Shown: positions 1-9,930 of the stretch, piece after piece | Layout: each line of letters begins with the position of its first letter | Numbering within the stretch: position 1 is the stretch's first letter | Assembly: GCA_963677925.2 (NCBI GenBank) | Contig: CAXXYH010000004.1 | Span: forward strand, 1,216,001-1,280,000 | Length of the DNA: 64,000 bases | Reading direction: 5' to 3' | Origin: Spirochaetia bacterium | GTDB taxonomy: Bacteria > Spirochaetota > Spirochaetia > UBA9216 | Translations under genes and position numbers: made by a program | The notes under the pieces: model-generated | The model's database searches: none | What the model was told of the DNA's origin: nothing | What the model saw: only the letters and a program-made list of their open reading frames with translations

Positions 1-596
1 CCTGAGACAACTTTAAGCTGACCCTTGTCAATATAAGGCTGAAGCTGGCTCATAGCGCCGTCAAAGAAGTAATAAGCGTTTGTATCGTCAGGAGAACCTG
101 CAAAAAGTTCAATATTGAAAGGGCCTGCACCGGATTTCAGGTTCAGAGCATCTACAATGTATCCTCCCTGAAGAACACCTACTTTGAAGTTGTCAAATGT
201 TGCGTAGTAGCTTACGTGGGGTGAGTTTACGATAAGTCTGTCATAGGAAATAACTTTTACGTCATTCTTTGCTGCCTGCTCAAGCACATTGAACAGAGCG
301 GCACCATCGATCGCAGCAATAACCAGGCAGTCGGCACCTTTTACTATCATGTTTTCAATCTGGTTTACCTGTGCGTCGATATTATCTTCAGCATACTGCA
401 GGTCTACCTTGTAGCCTCTTTCTTCCAGGATTTCTTTCATGTATCCGCCGTCCTGGATCCATCTCTGTGATGACTGTGTCGGCATTGCCACACCTACGAT
501 CTGCTGTTTGCTCTCCTGTTCTCCTCCTGCAAACACCGGCATAACTGCTGTCAGCAAAACTAGTGCTGCTGTCAGAATAGTTACAATCCTTTTCAT
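1..596 (-). CDS. chvE: Multiple-monosaccharide ABC transporter substrate-binding protein (ChvE/SbpA type), 3' end outside window
   Basis: Not in the ORF track because it has no stop in the window. Manual translation from ATG 596 (GGAGGA SD at 601-606): [15 protein letters not shown]...[20 protein letters not shown]...[19 protein letters not shown]...ISYDRLI...[15 protein letters not shown]...[21 protein letters not shown], which are ChvE-family motifs. Confidence 0.88.
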   Translation of the reverse strand, partial: MKRIVTILTAALVLLTAVMPVFAGGEQESKQQIVGVAMPTQSSQRWIQDGGYMKEILEERGYKVDLQYAEDNIDAQVNQIENMIVKGADCLVIAAIDGAALFNVLEQAAKNDVKVISYDRLIVNSPHVSYYATFDNFKVGVLQGGYIVDALNLKSGAGPFNIELFAGSPDDTNAYYFFDGAMSQLQPYIDKGQLKVVS

Positions 597-624
597 TTTT
601 TCCTCCAAATGGTATAATTTCAGC

Positions 625-709
625 AACCAAACGGTCTGTAATGCAATAAAACGTAATCGTTTGGTTACGAATATGATTAAATCATAGGACCGGTTTTTTT
701 ATCTGTCAA
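625..709 (-). promoter_or_regulatory. sigma70-type promoter of chvE with overlapping dyads (candidate DeoR operators)
   Basis: Minus strand TTGACA (709-704), 17 bp, TATGAT (686-681). Perfect dyad ATGATT-A-AATCAT at 673-685 overlaps the -10. Inverted repeat AACCAAACG (625-633) / CGTTTGGTT (658-666). Confidence 0.55.
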
Positions 710-778
710 GAAAAATCTGCATAATATTTTGCGTGAATATGAATCCATGATAGAATATTCCGGTACTGGAGAGCTTAA

Positions 779-1567
779 GTGTACGCAATTGAAAGAACTA
801 GACTTATTAAAATGCATCTTGAGGAACACGGACAGGCTCAGGTCCAGACTCTAAGCAGCCTGCTTGGTGTGTCTGAAGTCACCGTAAGACGTGATCTTGA
901 ACGGCTGGAAGCCGAAGGCTGGCTTACAAGAACCCACGGCGGGGCGGTCATCAACCGGCCTGATTCAGACACCAGTCTCAACCAGATACTTTCCAAAAGC
1001 ACGGCATCCGAAACTCATGATGAAATTGTTGCCATCGCAATGCGTATGATTGCCGATGGTGATGTGATAATGCTCACAAATGGCGAGGTGAACCGATGTA
1101 TTGCCTCGAGGCTTAATGAGCGTTCGAATCTTACAATCCTAACCAATGACGTCGCATGCGCCGCCCTGCTGACCGGGCAGCAGCAGAATAAGGTTGTACT
1201 GCTGGGAGGGACACTTGATCAGGAAGAGTTTGCCGTTTTCGGTTCGATGACCATTTCCAACCTCAATAAGTTTTTCGTGAACAGGCTTTTTATAGAGGTT
1301 GACGGCATAAGCAGCGACATGCATATGTCTGTGAGCAGTCAGGAGAAGGCTGATTTTATCCTTGAAGCCAGAGCCATGGCCGGCAATTCAATTATTGTAT
1401 GTCCTTCCGATCGCTTCTCGCATAATGCATTTTTCAGACTTGGCGATATCCGAATGGCTCAGGGGCTTGTTTCAGATCCGGATCTTGAAGATTCTTTCAA
1501 GTCGCAGATATTCTCATCGGGGGTTCCGATGTACACATCCATGGAGGCGTTTGAAGGCTGCGAATGA
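779..1567 (+). CDS. DeoR/GlpR family transcriptional regulator
   Basis: N-terminal HTH LGVSEVTVRRDLERLE..GWLTRTHGGA, followed by a DeoR C-terminal sensor domain; GTG start. Confidence 0.9.
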   Translation: MYAIERTRLIKMHLEEHGQAQVQTLSSLLGVSEVTVRRDLERLEAEGWLTRTHGGAVINRPDSDTSLNQILSKSTASETHDEIVAIAMRMIADGDVIMLTNGEVNRCIASRLNERSNLTILTNDVACAALLTGQQQNKVVLLGGTLDQEEFAVFGSMTISNLNKFFVNRLFIEVDGISSDMHMSVSSQEKADFILEARAMAGNSIIVCPSDRFSHNAFFRLGDIRMAQGLVSDPDLEDSFKSQIFSSGVPMYTSMEAFEGCE

Positions 1568-3066
1568 ACATGAACTCTTCTCCGCTGCTTGAGCTGAAGA
1601 ATATCTCAAAGGAATTTAACGGGTTCCACCTTCAGAATATAGATATAGATCTGTACCGCGGAGAAGTTCACGTCCTTGTAGGAGAAAACGGCTCCGGTAA
1701 ATCAACAATGATGAAGCTGATTGCAGGATGGTTTCCGCATGACAGCGGAGAAATCAAAATCAGCGGCTCACCGGTTGTATTCAGGGATATCAGGGACGCC
1801 AGGAAGCTGGGAGTTTACTACCTCCATCAGGAAGTTCAGTATTTCGAAAATCTAAGTGTTGCCGAGAACCTTTTTATGGGTGATCTTCCGAAGGTAAGCA
1901 GGGGCCTGGGGATTTTCAATGTAAATGAACTGATTTTCAAATGCGGTGAAGTCTTCAGGGAGCTCGGCCTTTCGATTAATCCTACGGAGAAGTTCTTTAA
2001 ACTCGGCTATGCCGAACGGCAGATGGTTTTTGTTGTAAAAAGCTACATTTCGGATGCTGATATAATCATCTTTGACGAACCCTCTTCGGCTCTTTCACAG
2101 CCTGAGAGGGAGGTTCTTTTCAATATTGTCCGAAAGCTGAAGTCCATGAACAAGGGAATCTTTTACATTTCGCACCGGCTTGATGAAATAGCAGAGGTGG
2201 GAGACCAGGTATCGGTTATGCACCGTGGCCGGGTAATTGCAACTTCTGACTGTGATTCCGTGCGTAATGAAAGTCTGATTAATATGATGTCCGGCGATGT
2301 GCATCAGGAAAAATATCCGAAGATCTCCGGTCCTCGGGGAAGAATAGTCCTCTCTGTAACCGATCTTATGTTTGAACCCATTTTGAAAGGTGTCAACTTT
2401 GATCTGCGTCAGGGAGAAATCCTTGGAGTGACCGGCCTTATGGGATCCGGGAGGACTCTTCTTGCAAACTGCCTCTTCGGTGCTGTTCAGCCAACCAGCG
2501 GAGAAATTAAAATGGACTGCGGTGTTGTGAACTTTTCCCACCCGCAGGCGGCTATGTCCTGCGGGATTTCACTGATTCCGGAAGACCGGATAAAGAACGG
2601 CATTTTCTCAAAGCATGATCTTCAGCGTAATATGACAAGTGCAACCCTAAGGCGCTTTGTAAACAGGCTGTTTTTGAACAAACTTTTTATGAGTCAGCTG
2701 ACCCATGAATATGTCGAAATCCTGAAAATTAAACCGGGAAAGCAGAATGATCTGATCGGCGATTATTCCGGCGGCAATCAGCAGAAGGTAATGCTTGGAA
2801 AGTGGCTTATGAACCGTTCCCCGATTTACATCATGGATGAGCCAACCCGCGGAGTCGATGCCGCTTCAAAAGTGGATATCTATAACGTCATGAATGAAAT
2901 AGTTTCCAAGGGAGCTGCCATCATTTTTATTTCATCAGAGATTGAAGAAATTCTTGGGATGTCGGACCGTATCCTTGTTCTGGCAGGCGGAAGGATTGCA
3001 AGAGAGCTTAAAAGAGAGGAGGCTACAAAGGAGATTATTCTTACAGCCGCTACTATGGATGTCTGA
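1564..3066 (+). CDS. Sugar ABC transporter ATP-binding protein (tandem NBD, RbsA/MglA type)
   Basis: GENGSGKS Walker A, IFDEPSS, YISHRL, second NBD SGGNQQKV and MDEPTRGVD; ATGA overlap with the DeoR gene. Confidence 0.92.
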   Translation: MNMNSSPLLELKNISKEFNGFHLQNIDIDLYRGEVHVLVGENGSGKSTMMKLIAGWFPHDSGEIKISGSPVVFRDIRDARKLGVYYLHQEVQYFENLSVAENLFMGDLPKVSRGLGIFNVNELIFKCGEVFRELGLSINPTEKFFKLGYAERQMVFVVKSYISDADIIIFDEPSSALSQPEREVLFNIVRKLKSMNKGIFYISHRLDEIAEVGDQVSVMHRGRVIATSDCDSVRNESLINMMSGDVHQEKYPKISGPRGRIVLSVTDLMFEPILKGVNFDLRQGEILGVTGLMGSGRTLLANCLFGAVQPTSGEIKMDCGVVNFSHPQAAMSCGISLIPEDRIKNGIFSKHDLQRNMTSATLRRFVNRLFLNKLFMSQLTHEYVEILKIKPGKQNDLIGDYSGGNQQKVMLGKWLMNRSPIYIMDEPTRGVDAASKVDIYNVMNEIVSKGAAIIFISSEIEEILGMSDRILVLAGGRIARELKREEATKEIILTAATMDV

Positions 3067-3071
3067 GTTTT

Positions 3072-3479
3072 CTATACAGGAAGTGCAGAGCCTATAATTC
3101 CGTCAGCATATTCCGCCACCATATCAGCAGCCTTGATAAAACGGGGGATGTCCTTTTCCTCGGGCTCAACTGTTTTTACGTTAAAGAATGAACATATCAT
3201 CTGAATTGAATCCATGTATTTCATAATCTCTACAAGTTCGGGAGCAAGTTCCTTCACTTCTGCTGCGGTTTCAATAAAATCGGCCATGGTATGGTTTGCC
3301 GGAAGAATGCCCCTGTACATGAAGGCTGCCATGAAATACTTTTCAATGCACATGGCCGCTATATTGGATACAATCACGGGAATAAACACCTTGGGACGTT
3401 TGAGGCAGCCGTTGAGGGTTTTGTGATAGCCTTTTGCTTCGTTATAAAAAGTTTTCCAGTCAGAATCTTCGCTAAACAT
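3072..3479 (-). CDS. HEPN-like domain protein
   Basis: AAMCIEKYFMAAF...GILPANHTMADF resembles the HEPN (A.EK.LKA...P..H.L) pattern; 135 aa, predicted all-helical. Confidence 0.55.
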   Translation of the reverse strand: MFSEDSDWKTFYNEAKGYHKTLNGCLKRPKVFIPVIVSNIAAMCIEKYFMAAFMYRGILPANHTMADFIETAAEVKELAPELVEIMKYMDSIQMICSFFNVKTVEPEEKDIPRFIKAADMVAEYADGIIGSALPV

Positions 3480-3554
3480 AATTTAAAGGTATTTACAATT
3501 TGAAAAATAATCAAGAGATTATTTGTAAAACAATGATAAAAAGACGCGGACATG

Positions 3555-3579
3555 AAAAAACCCGGCAAAAAGCCGGGTT
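3555..3579 (-). terminator. Intrinsic terminator downstream of tRNA-Cys
   Basis: Minus strand AACCCGGC-TTTTT-GCCGGGTT followed by a T-run. Confidence 0.8.
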
Positions 3580-3589
3580 CCAACTAAAG

Positions 3590-3661
3590 AGGCGCCGAGC
3601 GGATTCGAACCGCTGCATCAAGGTTTTGCAGACCTCTCCCTTACCACTTGGGTACGGCGCC
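3590..3661 (-). tRNA. tRNA-Cys (GCA)
   Basis: Reverse complement GGCGCCGTACCCAAGTGGTAAGGGAGAGGTCTGCAAAACCTTGATGCAGCGGTTCGAATCCGCTCGGCGCCT folds as a cloverleaf; GCA anticodon, U discriminator, CCA not encoded. Confidence 0.96.
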
Positions 3662-3724
3662 ATATTTCTTACTTGTTCAACTGAGCCGCGCCAAAGGCAC
3701 AGCGCCATATAATAAGTATGGAAG

Positions 3725-3753
3725 AGAATATCAAAAAACCACTTTAATGTCCA
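3725..3753 (-). promoter_or_regulatory. Putative promoter of tRNA-Cys
   Basis: Minus strand TGGACA, 17 bp, TATTCT with an extended TG. Confidence 0.45.
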
Positions 3754-3778
3754 GACAATACGCATTATAATTCGGGCT

Positions 3779-4423
3779 ATGGAATTAAGTTTCAGTATCC
3801 GCGACCTCGCTCTTTTTCAGGTTGCTTTGTTTGCCATCTTCAGTCCTATGGCCTGTATCGGTCCCTATGTGACTCTTACCGGAACCATGTCACGGCGTAT
3901 TCAGAAGAAAATGGCTTTCCGGATTGCTCTGTACTCGGCGATCTTCCTTGTTGTGACTGCCTGGGCCGGTGAAGCCCTGCTTAAGGCCATGGGTATTTCA
4001 GTAGATGCCCTGGCGGCGGGAGGCGGCCTGATCCTGATCCTTACATCGCTTCCGATGATCATGGAAGGGCGTTCACCCAGAAAGCGGGTCAAGACCGACG
4101 ACAACCCGGATGAGGGATGGGAAACTCTGGTTATCTCACCTCTTGTTTTCCCACTCACAATGGGTGCCGGAAGTATCTCCATGGTTGTAACCCACGCCCG
4201 AATGGTTGTGAGCATTGCCGACAGGCTGGCAATGTCTGTTGTCATTATTATTCACGGCATAATCATTTTCGCCACCTACTTTTTCTCAAGCCCGCTATCA
4301 GCACGTATGCATGGAAGCAGCGGTGCGGTTGTTACAAGAATAGGCGGAATTATACTTATCAGCCTTGCCTTTATTATCTTTACAAACGGGCTCAAAGGCC
4401 TCCTTCCGGGACTTGCCGGTTGA
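3779..4423 (+). CDS. MarC family membrane protein
   Basis: LFAIFSP..., GEALLKAMGISVDALAAGGGLIL, PLVFPLTMGAGSI, TRIGGIIL; about six hydrophobic helices. Confidence 0.88.
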   Translation: MELSFSIRDLALFQVALFAIFSPMACIGPYVTLTGTMSRRIQKKMAFRIALYSAIFLVVTAWAGEALLKAMGISVDALAAGGGLILILTSLPMIMEGRSPRKRVKTDDNPDEGWETLVISPLVFPLTMGAGSISMVVTHARMVVSIADRLAMSVVIIIHGIIIFATYFFSSPLSARMHGSSGAVVTRIGGIILISLAFIIFTNGLKGLLPGLAG

Positions 4424-4468
4424 AAATAATTTCTGCTGCTGCGGCAGTGAAAACTTCAGGAGAGAATT

Positions 4469-5962
4469 TTGCAGGAAGAATCAAAAGAGAACAACGTTAA
4501 AAATTCACAGCCCAAGGGGGCCAGAATACTTAAGAATATTTCTACATCTGCCGGCGGTTATGACTATGAAGCTGAAGCGGACTGGATAATACTGCGAAAG
4601 GAAGAAAAGCCGCGGGCTGAGATGTTTTTTGTCCGTTATACCAAGGTTGAAGAGGATACCTCCGACAGGCCTGTAACTTTCATTTTTAACGGAGGTCCGG
4701 GAGCCTCCTCTGTGTATCTCCATATGGGAGCTGCAGGTCCGAAACGAGTAGAGCTGCAGGGTAACGGAATTCCGGCGGCACCCCCATATAAACTGTATGA
4801 TAATGAGGAAACCTGGCTGAATTTTACCGACCTTGTTTTCATCGACCCTATAGGCACCGGCTTCAGCCGCCTGATCGAGAAGGATGGTGCTGAATCAGCT
4901 AAAAACGGAGAAAAATCCGCAGGCGGTGAAGAAAAGGACGAATACTGGAAGGTTGTGAGGGATCTCGAATCGCTCTGTGAGTTTGTCAGGAAGTACCTCT
5001 CAAAATACAGCAGGTGGGACAGCCCTGTTTATCTGGCTGGAGAAAGCTACGGAGGTTTCCGGGTAGCCAGGCTCGTAAAAATGCTGCAGCAGGATTACGG
5101 CGTGGGGATCAGGGGGGCTGTACTGATCTCTCCGGCCCTGGAGTTTAATCTGCTTAGCGGGTCTTCATACGATGCTCTCCATTGGGTGGACACTTTTCCG
5201 GTCATGGCCGGAGCGGCTGCATCTCATGGGAAATCAGCAAAAATGGGAAAGCAGGACAGCCTGGGTGCTGTAAGGAAAAAAGCCGAGTCTTTTGTGATTA
5301 CAGAGCTTCTGCCGTATCTTGTCTCAGGAGATATGATACCGGCACCCAGAAGAAAAAAAATAATTGCCGAGGCTGCACGATATACCGGAATCCCGGCCGA
5401 AGTGCTTGAAAGAAACCGCGGCCGCCTTGGTTTTGATTACTTTGCCAGAAACCTGCTTAGAAATGAGCGGAAGATACTTGGGCTTTACGACAGCAGTCTT
5501 GCCATTGATGACCCTACTCCCGAGAAGGACGGGTATGAGGGCCCGGAGCCGACACTGAACATGCTCGACCGTGTTTTTGCGGCAGGTATTAATACTCAGC
5601 TGCGCAAGGAAATAGGTCTTGAAACAGAACGTGATTACGAGCTTCTCAGCATGAAAGTAAATGAAAGCTGGGACATTGATACCAAGCAGCACGCCCTTGA
5701 GCGCCGGGTAGGCTCAGCTGATGAACTGCGGTACGGAATAAGTCTGAATACCGGGATGAAGGTTTTTATTACCCATGGGACTTTTGACCTTGTAACTCCG
5801 TATTTTGCGACCGACCGCATTACGGCTCAGATGAATCTTCCCGAAGATCTGAAGAAAAATCTTACTGTAAAGCATTATCGCGGAGGGCATATGTTTTATG
5901 CCAGAACTGACAGCCGGCTGGAATTTTATAAGGATCTCGAGGATTTTTATTCAGAAAGCTGA
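4469..5962 (+). CDS. Peptidase S10 serine carboxypeptidase
   Basis: FIFNGGPGASS, FIDPIGTGFS, nucleophile GESYGG, DLVTPY, GGHMFY; TTG start after AGGAGA. Confidence 0.9.
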   Translation: MQEESKENNVKNSQPKGARILKNISTSAGGYDYEAEADWIILRKEEKPRAEMFFVRYTKVEEDTSDRPVTFIFNGGPGASSVYLHMGAAGPKRVELQGNGIPAAPPYKLYDNEETWLNFTDLVFIDPIGTGFSRLIEKDGAESAKNGEKSAGGEEKDEYWKVVRDLESLCEFVRKYLSKYSRWDSPVYLAGESYGGFRVARLVKMLQQDYGVGIRGAVLISPALEFNLLSGSSYDALHWVDTFPVMAGAAASHGKSAKMGKQDSLGAVRKKAESFVITELLPYLVSGDMIPAPRRKKIIAEAARYTGIPAEVLERNRGRLGFDYFARNLLRNERKILGLYDSSLAIDDPTPEKDGYEGPEPTLNMLDRVFAAGINTQLRKEIGLETERDYELLSMKVNESWDIDTKQHALERRVGSADELRYGISLNTGMKVFITHGTFDLVTPYFATDRITAQMNLPEDLKKNLTVKHYRGGHMFYARTDSRLEFYKDLEDFYSES

Positions 5963-5980
5963 TGCATCATCATAAGCCGG

Positions 5981-8407
5981 CTATGAAACTGTTATTGTTA
6001 TTTCTTCCGATGTCATCCTGGAACATTCAGCTGTCACTGTGACGGTTCCGGGGCTGCCAGTTGTCCTTATCCATGCAGCTGCAACTCCGCCTGTAAATGA
6101 TGTAAGTGCCGGACCTATTACCTTTGCCGGGCCTGATACATTTATCTTCAGATAATCTGAACAGAAGGGCAGTATGTTTCCGAACTGATCAAGCAGCCGG
6201 AACTCAAGCCTGACTGCATCCCAGCTTGAGCGGTTTGACTCAAGAGTATCGGAGTCGGCTTTGATATAAAGCTGATGAAGGCTTCCTGAACCGAACCGTC
6301 TGCGGACAACCTCTTCCTGCTTTACATATCCTGCAATCTCGAATACGTCTTCGCTGTCTCCCCATCCTGCACTGAACTTAAGAAAGAGTGAGACAATATC
6401 TTCGTATTTCAGATTATATTTCTTCATGAAAATACCGAGCTTCAGCATGTGGGAGGGTTTAAGAGCCTCCTCGCCATTGAGCATTACATAACTGATCATT
6501 TTTCTGATTAAGGCAACATCTTTTTCTGAAAACTCTGAATTATCCAGCTGTTTGCCTACAAAGTCTTTAATAATTACCGGAGGATGATCAATTCCGGGAT
6601 ATTCATCCCTGGCAGGATAGAAGTTTCCTATTTCATTTCCGTTTCTGTAAAGTTTAATAAAATCACAGTTTGTATATACCTCAATGGGAAGCAGACTTGC
6701 TGCGCTTCGTTCGCCTTTTGCAAATAATGTAGCCGGTTCAAGTACAATTCCTTCCGACGGTTCCTTCTGGCTTGAGTAAACTGCAGCAGCAGTCTTCGGA
6801 ATTCTGAACATGTCGGAAACACCGTGATAGCATATTCTGTCGCCGCTTCCGAATTCCCTGTGTGTATTATAATCGAAGGCGCACCAGCCTATTGTTCCGC
6901 TTATGCTCTTATCAAGTCCGACCCTGTCGATTACCCTCAGATGCCTCAGTGCGTGTTCTCTTGTACGTTCTTCATTGTCAAAGCGCTTGGTCGGATACAT
7001 GTGGCCGTTGTATTCAGTGACCAGATAGGGGACAGGGCATTTTCCGCCCTTTTTGAGTTTGGTAACCTTTTCGGGAGTCCTCAGGATCCTCTCGGGCTCG
7101 GTATTTCCGCTGTGGACGAAATCGTTCATGGTATACACGTCTTCCAGAAGCTCGCTGTTTTCAATGTACCTCACACCGCCGGTCTGTCTTGTCGGGTCAA
7201 GTTCCCTTGCCAGGCTGTTTGTCCGGGTGTAAAAATTGTGATCATCCTGCGACTCATTGATTCTGACTCCCCAGATAATAACCGAGGGTCTGTTCCTGTC
7301 GCGGATAATCATCTCTTTCAGGCTGTTTACCGCGTTTTCCTTCCAGACTTCACCGCCTATATGCTGCCAGCCAGGCAATTCTTCAAAGACCAGCAGTCCT
7401 ATCTCATCACAGCGATCGTGAAAATGCCTGGATTGAGGATAGTGAGAAGTCCGGACGAGATTTAAACCCATTTCGTATTTAAGGATGTCAGCATCCTGCT
7501 TCTGCACCCGCTCCGGCATTGCGTAGCCTGCGTATGGAAAGGACTGATGTCTGTTCAGACCTCTGATTCTGAGGAAGCGTCCATTAAGGTAAAAGCCGTC
7601 GGGGCGGAATACCGCATGTCTGAACCCGGTCGTGATCTGGACTTCATCCATTACAGCATCATTCTCTGACAGTATTATCTCAAAATTATACAGTACAGGT
7701 TTTTTGATGTCCCATAATTCAATACCGGCAATATCATCAAGCCGTATATAGTGTACATTTCGGCCGGCTTTAACATCTTTCAGAATGGTTTTTCTTGTAA
7801 TTTTAACATCAGCAGGATCATCCCGGCGGAAAACCACAATACTGACAGCAAAATTCTCTCCTGCTCTAAGGCTGTGTGTTGTTAGCTCTACTGCGATGTC
7901 CTTTGTCTCCTCGAGTATGCGGTCTGTAACAATAAAAGTGTCTTCAACATAGATGCACTCGTTAACGCGAAGGAATACTTCACGGTAAATGCCTCCGTAT
8001 GTAAGGTAGTCAACTACTTTCCCGAAGGGGGGAATATTCTCATTTTCAGATGCGTCTGTTTTTACTGTGAGTATGTTATTCTTTCCGTATTCTACAAGAT
8101 CGGTAATTTCAACAGAAAAAGGAGTGAACCCTCCTCTGTGCTCGCCGGCCGGATTTCCGTTTAAAAAAACTTCGGCAGTGAGCATTACCCCCTCAAAATC
8201 GAGAAACAGACGTTTACCACTGTATTCAGGCAGTATTGAAAGTTCTATTTCATATGTGCTTTTAAACTGATAATCTTCTTCATCAAAACAGTTGAGCGGA
8301 AGTTCCAGATTGGTATGGGGTAAGTCAACTATTGTAAAGGCTTCATCCGGATCATCATCTTTTTTAAACCTCCAGCCGCTGTTAACAGGGATAATTCTGC
8401 GCATCAT
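5981..8407 (-). CDS. Glycoside hydrolase family 2 (beta-galactosidase)
   Basis: DFEGV, RGLNRHQ, RTSHYP, acid/base WGVRINE, nucleophile VTEYNGH, WCAFDY. Start moved from 8449 to the ATG pair 8404/8407 that follows a GGAGG SD. Confidence 0.92.
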   Translation of the reverse strand: MMRRIIPVNSGWRFKKDDDPDEAFTIVDLPHTNLELPLNCFDEEDYQFKSTYEIELSILPEYSGKRLFLDFEGVMLTAEVFLNGNPAGEHRGGFTPFSVEITDLVEYGKNNILTVKTDASENENIPPFGKVVDYLTYGGIYREVFLRVNECIYVEDTFIVTDRILEETKDIAVELTTHSLRAGENFAVSIVVFRRDDPADVKITRKTILKDVKAGRNVHYIRLDDIAGIELWDIKKPVLYNFEIILSENDAVMDEVQITTGFRHAVFRPDGFYLNGRFLRIRGLNRHQSFPYAGYAMPERVQKQDADILKYEMGLNLVRTSHYPQSRHFHDRCDEIGLLVFEELPGWQHIGGEVWKENAVNSLKEMIIRDRNRPSVIIWGVRINESQDDHNFYTRTNSLARELDPTRQTGGVRYIENSELLEDVYTMNDFVHSGNTEPERILRTPEKVTKLKKGGKCPVPYLVTEYNGHMYPTKRFDNEERTREHALRHLRVIDRVGLDKSISGTIGWCAFDYNTHREFGSGDRICYHGVSDMFRIPKTAAAVYSSQKEPSEGIVLEPATLFAKGERSAASLLPIEVYTNCDFIKLYRNGNEIGNFYPARDEYPGIDHPPVIIKDFVGKQLDNSEFSEKDVALIRKMISYVMLNGEEALKPSHMLKLGIFMKKYNLKYEDIVSLFLKFSAGWGDSEDVFEIAGYVKQEEVVRRRFGSGSLHQLYIKADSDTLESNRSSWDAVRLEFRLLDQFGNILPFCSDYLKINVSGPAKVIGPALTSFTGGVAAAWIRTTGSPGTVTVTAECSRMTSEEITITVS

Positions 8408-8466
8408 TCCTCCGAAAAGATATTCAATACAAGATAGTTCAAAATTCATGAAAAAACATGGTTTTT

Positions 8467-8495
8467 TTGCATTGTCCGGGTGAATATCTTATAAT
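8467..8495 (+). promoter_or_regulatory. sigma70-type promoter of the diguanylate cyclase gene
   Basis: TTGCAT, 17 bp, TATAAT. Confidence 0.55.
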
Positions 8496-8508
8496 TTTAT
8501 TACATCTA

Positions 8509-9930
8509 ATGAAAGAGTCTCTTTATCAACAGTTTATAAGTGAATCTCCGGGCGGTCTGTTTGTCGAAGCAGACGGGATAGTTATTGATTCCAATCAGTC
8601 TTTTCTTGAACTTACCGGATATCATGCTGAATCTGTAGGCGGCCTTGGCATTGATACGGTGTTTACTGCTGAATCCTACAATGAGCTTCTCTACAGTAAA
8701 AAACGAATACTCAAAAACCGCTGTGAGGCTCTTACCATCAGAAACCATGATAAATTTCTTAAAGCAAATATCATCAGATCAGACGGACGATGTATTGCCG
8801 TACTTATCCTGATCATCCCGCCGGCAGAATGTGAGGATGCTGTCTGGATATATCAGGTTCTTGAGATGTCGGTATTCATGAGCGGCATGGATTATAACAA
8901 CAAGCTTTACAAGCTGAAAGACTACCTGCTGGACATCAGTCTGAATCTGTCCCAGCTCAAGGATCTGCAGAATTTCTACACCCTTGTTCTTGATGCCGCG
9001 GTAGCTTCAATTGATTCTGCCGAGTCCGGAATAATTCTGCGGTATAGCGGGAATGACAGCTTTGAAACAGCAGCGTCCATAGGCTGCAGGATTGACAATA
9101 CGAGTATTCTGCGGGTCCCTGCCTCCGAAACTTTTTTCTGGCAGAAATATAAACGCATGATTGACCGCACAGCTATTATAAATAACCTTAATAACTATGA
9201 CGGACGCGGGCTGCTTCAGTTCTGTTCCGATACTGAGTGTAAATCAGTGATTGAAACTCCAATCTTTGTGAATGAGGAGTTTTACGGAGTCATAATCATA
9301 ATGAGCAGTGAAGAAAGTGTGTTTGAAGAGGATGATGCAAAGAGCATTGAGTATTTCAGGCTTCAGCTTCAGATAGCCCTTGAAAACCAGCTTCTTTACA
9401 ACACTATAGAACATAAGGCCAATCACGATCCAATGACTGATGTTGCCAGCCGCGGAGCATTCGAGGAACAGGTCCGTAAATTCCTCAAGAACAGATATGA
9501 ATACGAGTCATGCTGTATTGTTCTGATGGATATCAATGATCTTAAAACTGTGAATGATGTCTGGGGTCATTCTGCCGGAGACAAGCTTATTATAAAATTT
9601 ATTTCTGTTCTTAAGGCCAGTCTCAGGGGTACGGATCTTCTGGCAAGGCTCGGAGGCGATGAGTTTGCTATCTGTTTTTTTTCTTCACAGTCGGCCCAGT
9701 TTATCGAGAGACTGTCGGAAATTCAGCGCAGTCTGGTTGATAATCCGCTTGTCATGTCTGACGGGCAGAAGATTGCCTGCTATTTCAGTTATGGTGTAGC
9801 ATACTGTCCTGAAGATGGTGAAGGCTATGACGAGCTGATAAAAAAGGCAGATGAACTGATGTATATCATGAAAAAGGAGATTAAAAGCCGTCAGCGGAAG
9901 AATGATTTGTCAGAACTCAGGCAGCATTAG
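8509..9930 (+). CDS. Sensor diguanylate cyclase (PAS-GAF-GGDEF)
   Basis: N-terminal PAS-like segment (NQSFLELTGY), GAF-like middle, HDPMT...MDINDLKTVNDVWGHSAGD...RGTD...RLGGDEF. Start placed downstream of the promoter (ORF track gives 8458). Confidence 0.88.
   Translation: MKESLYQQFISESPGGLFVEADGIVIDSNQSFLELTGYHAESVGGLGIDTVFTAESYNELLYSKKRILKNRCEALTIRNHDKFLKANIIRSDGRCIAVLILIIPPAECEDAVWIYQVLEMSVFMSGMDYNNKLYKLKDYLLDISLNLSQLKDLQNFYTLVLDAAVASIDSAESGIILRYSGNDSFETAASIGCRIDNTSILRVPASETFFWQKYKRMIDRTAIINNLNNYDGRGLLQFCSDTECKSVIETPIFVNEEFYGVIIIMSSEESVFEEDDAKSIEYFRLQLQIALENQLLYNTIEHKANHDPMTDVASRGAFEEQVRKFLKNRYEYESCCIVLMDINDLKTVNDVWGHSAGDKLIIKFISVLKASLRGTDLLARLGGDEFAICFFSSQSAQFIERLSEIQRSLVDNPLVMSDGQKIACYFSYGVAYCPEDGEGYDELIKKADELMYIMKKEIKSRQRKNDLSELRQH

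Noticed and set aside
388-687. ORF-track ORFs 388..630(-) and 439..687(+)
   Set aside because: Off-frame or antisense shadows of the chvE gene, which has a clear SD and family motifs in another frame.
3374-3765. Short ORFs overlapping tRNA-Cys and its terminator
   Set aside because: Explained by the tRNA; no SD or recognisable protein motifs.
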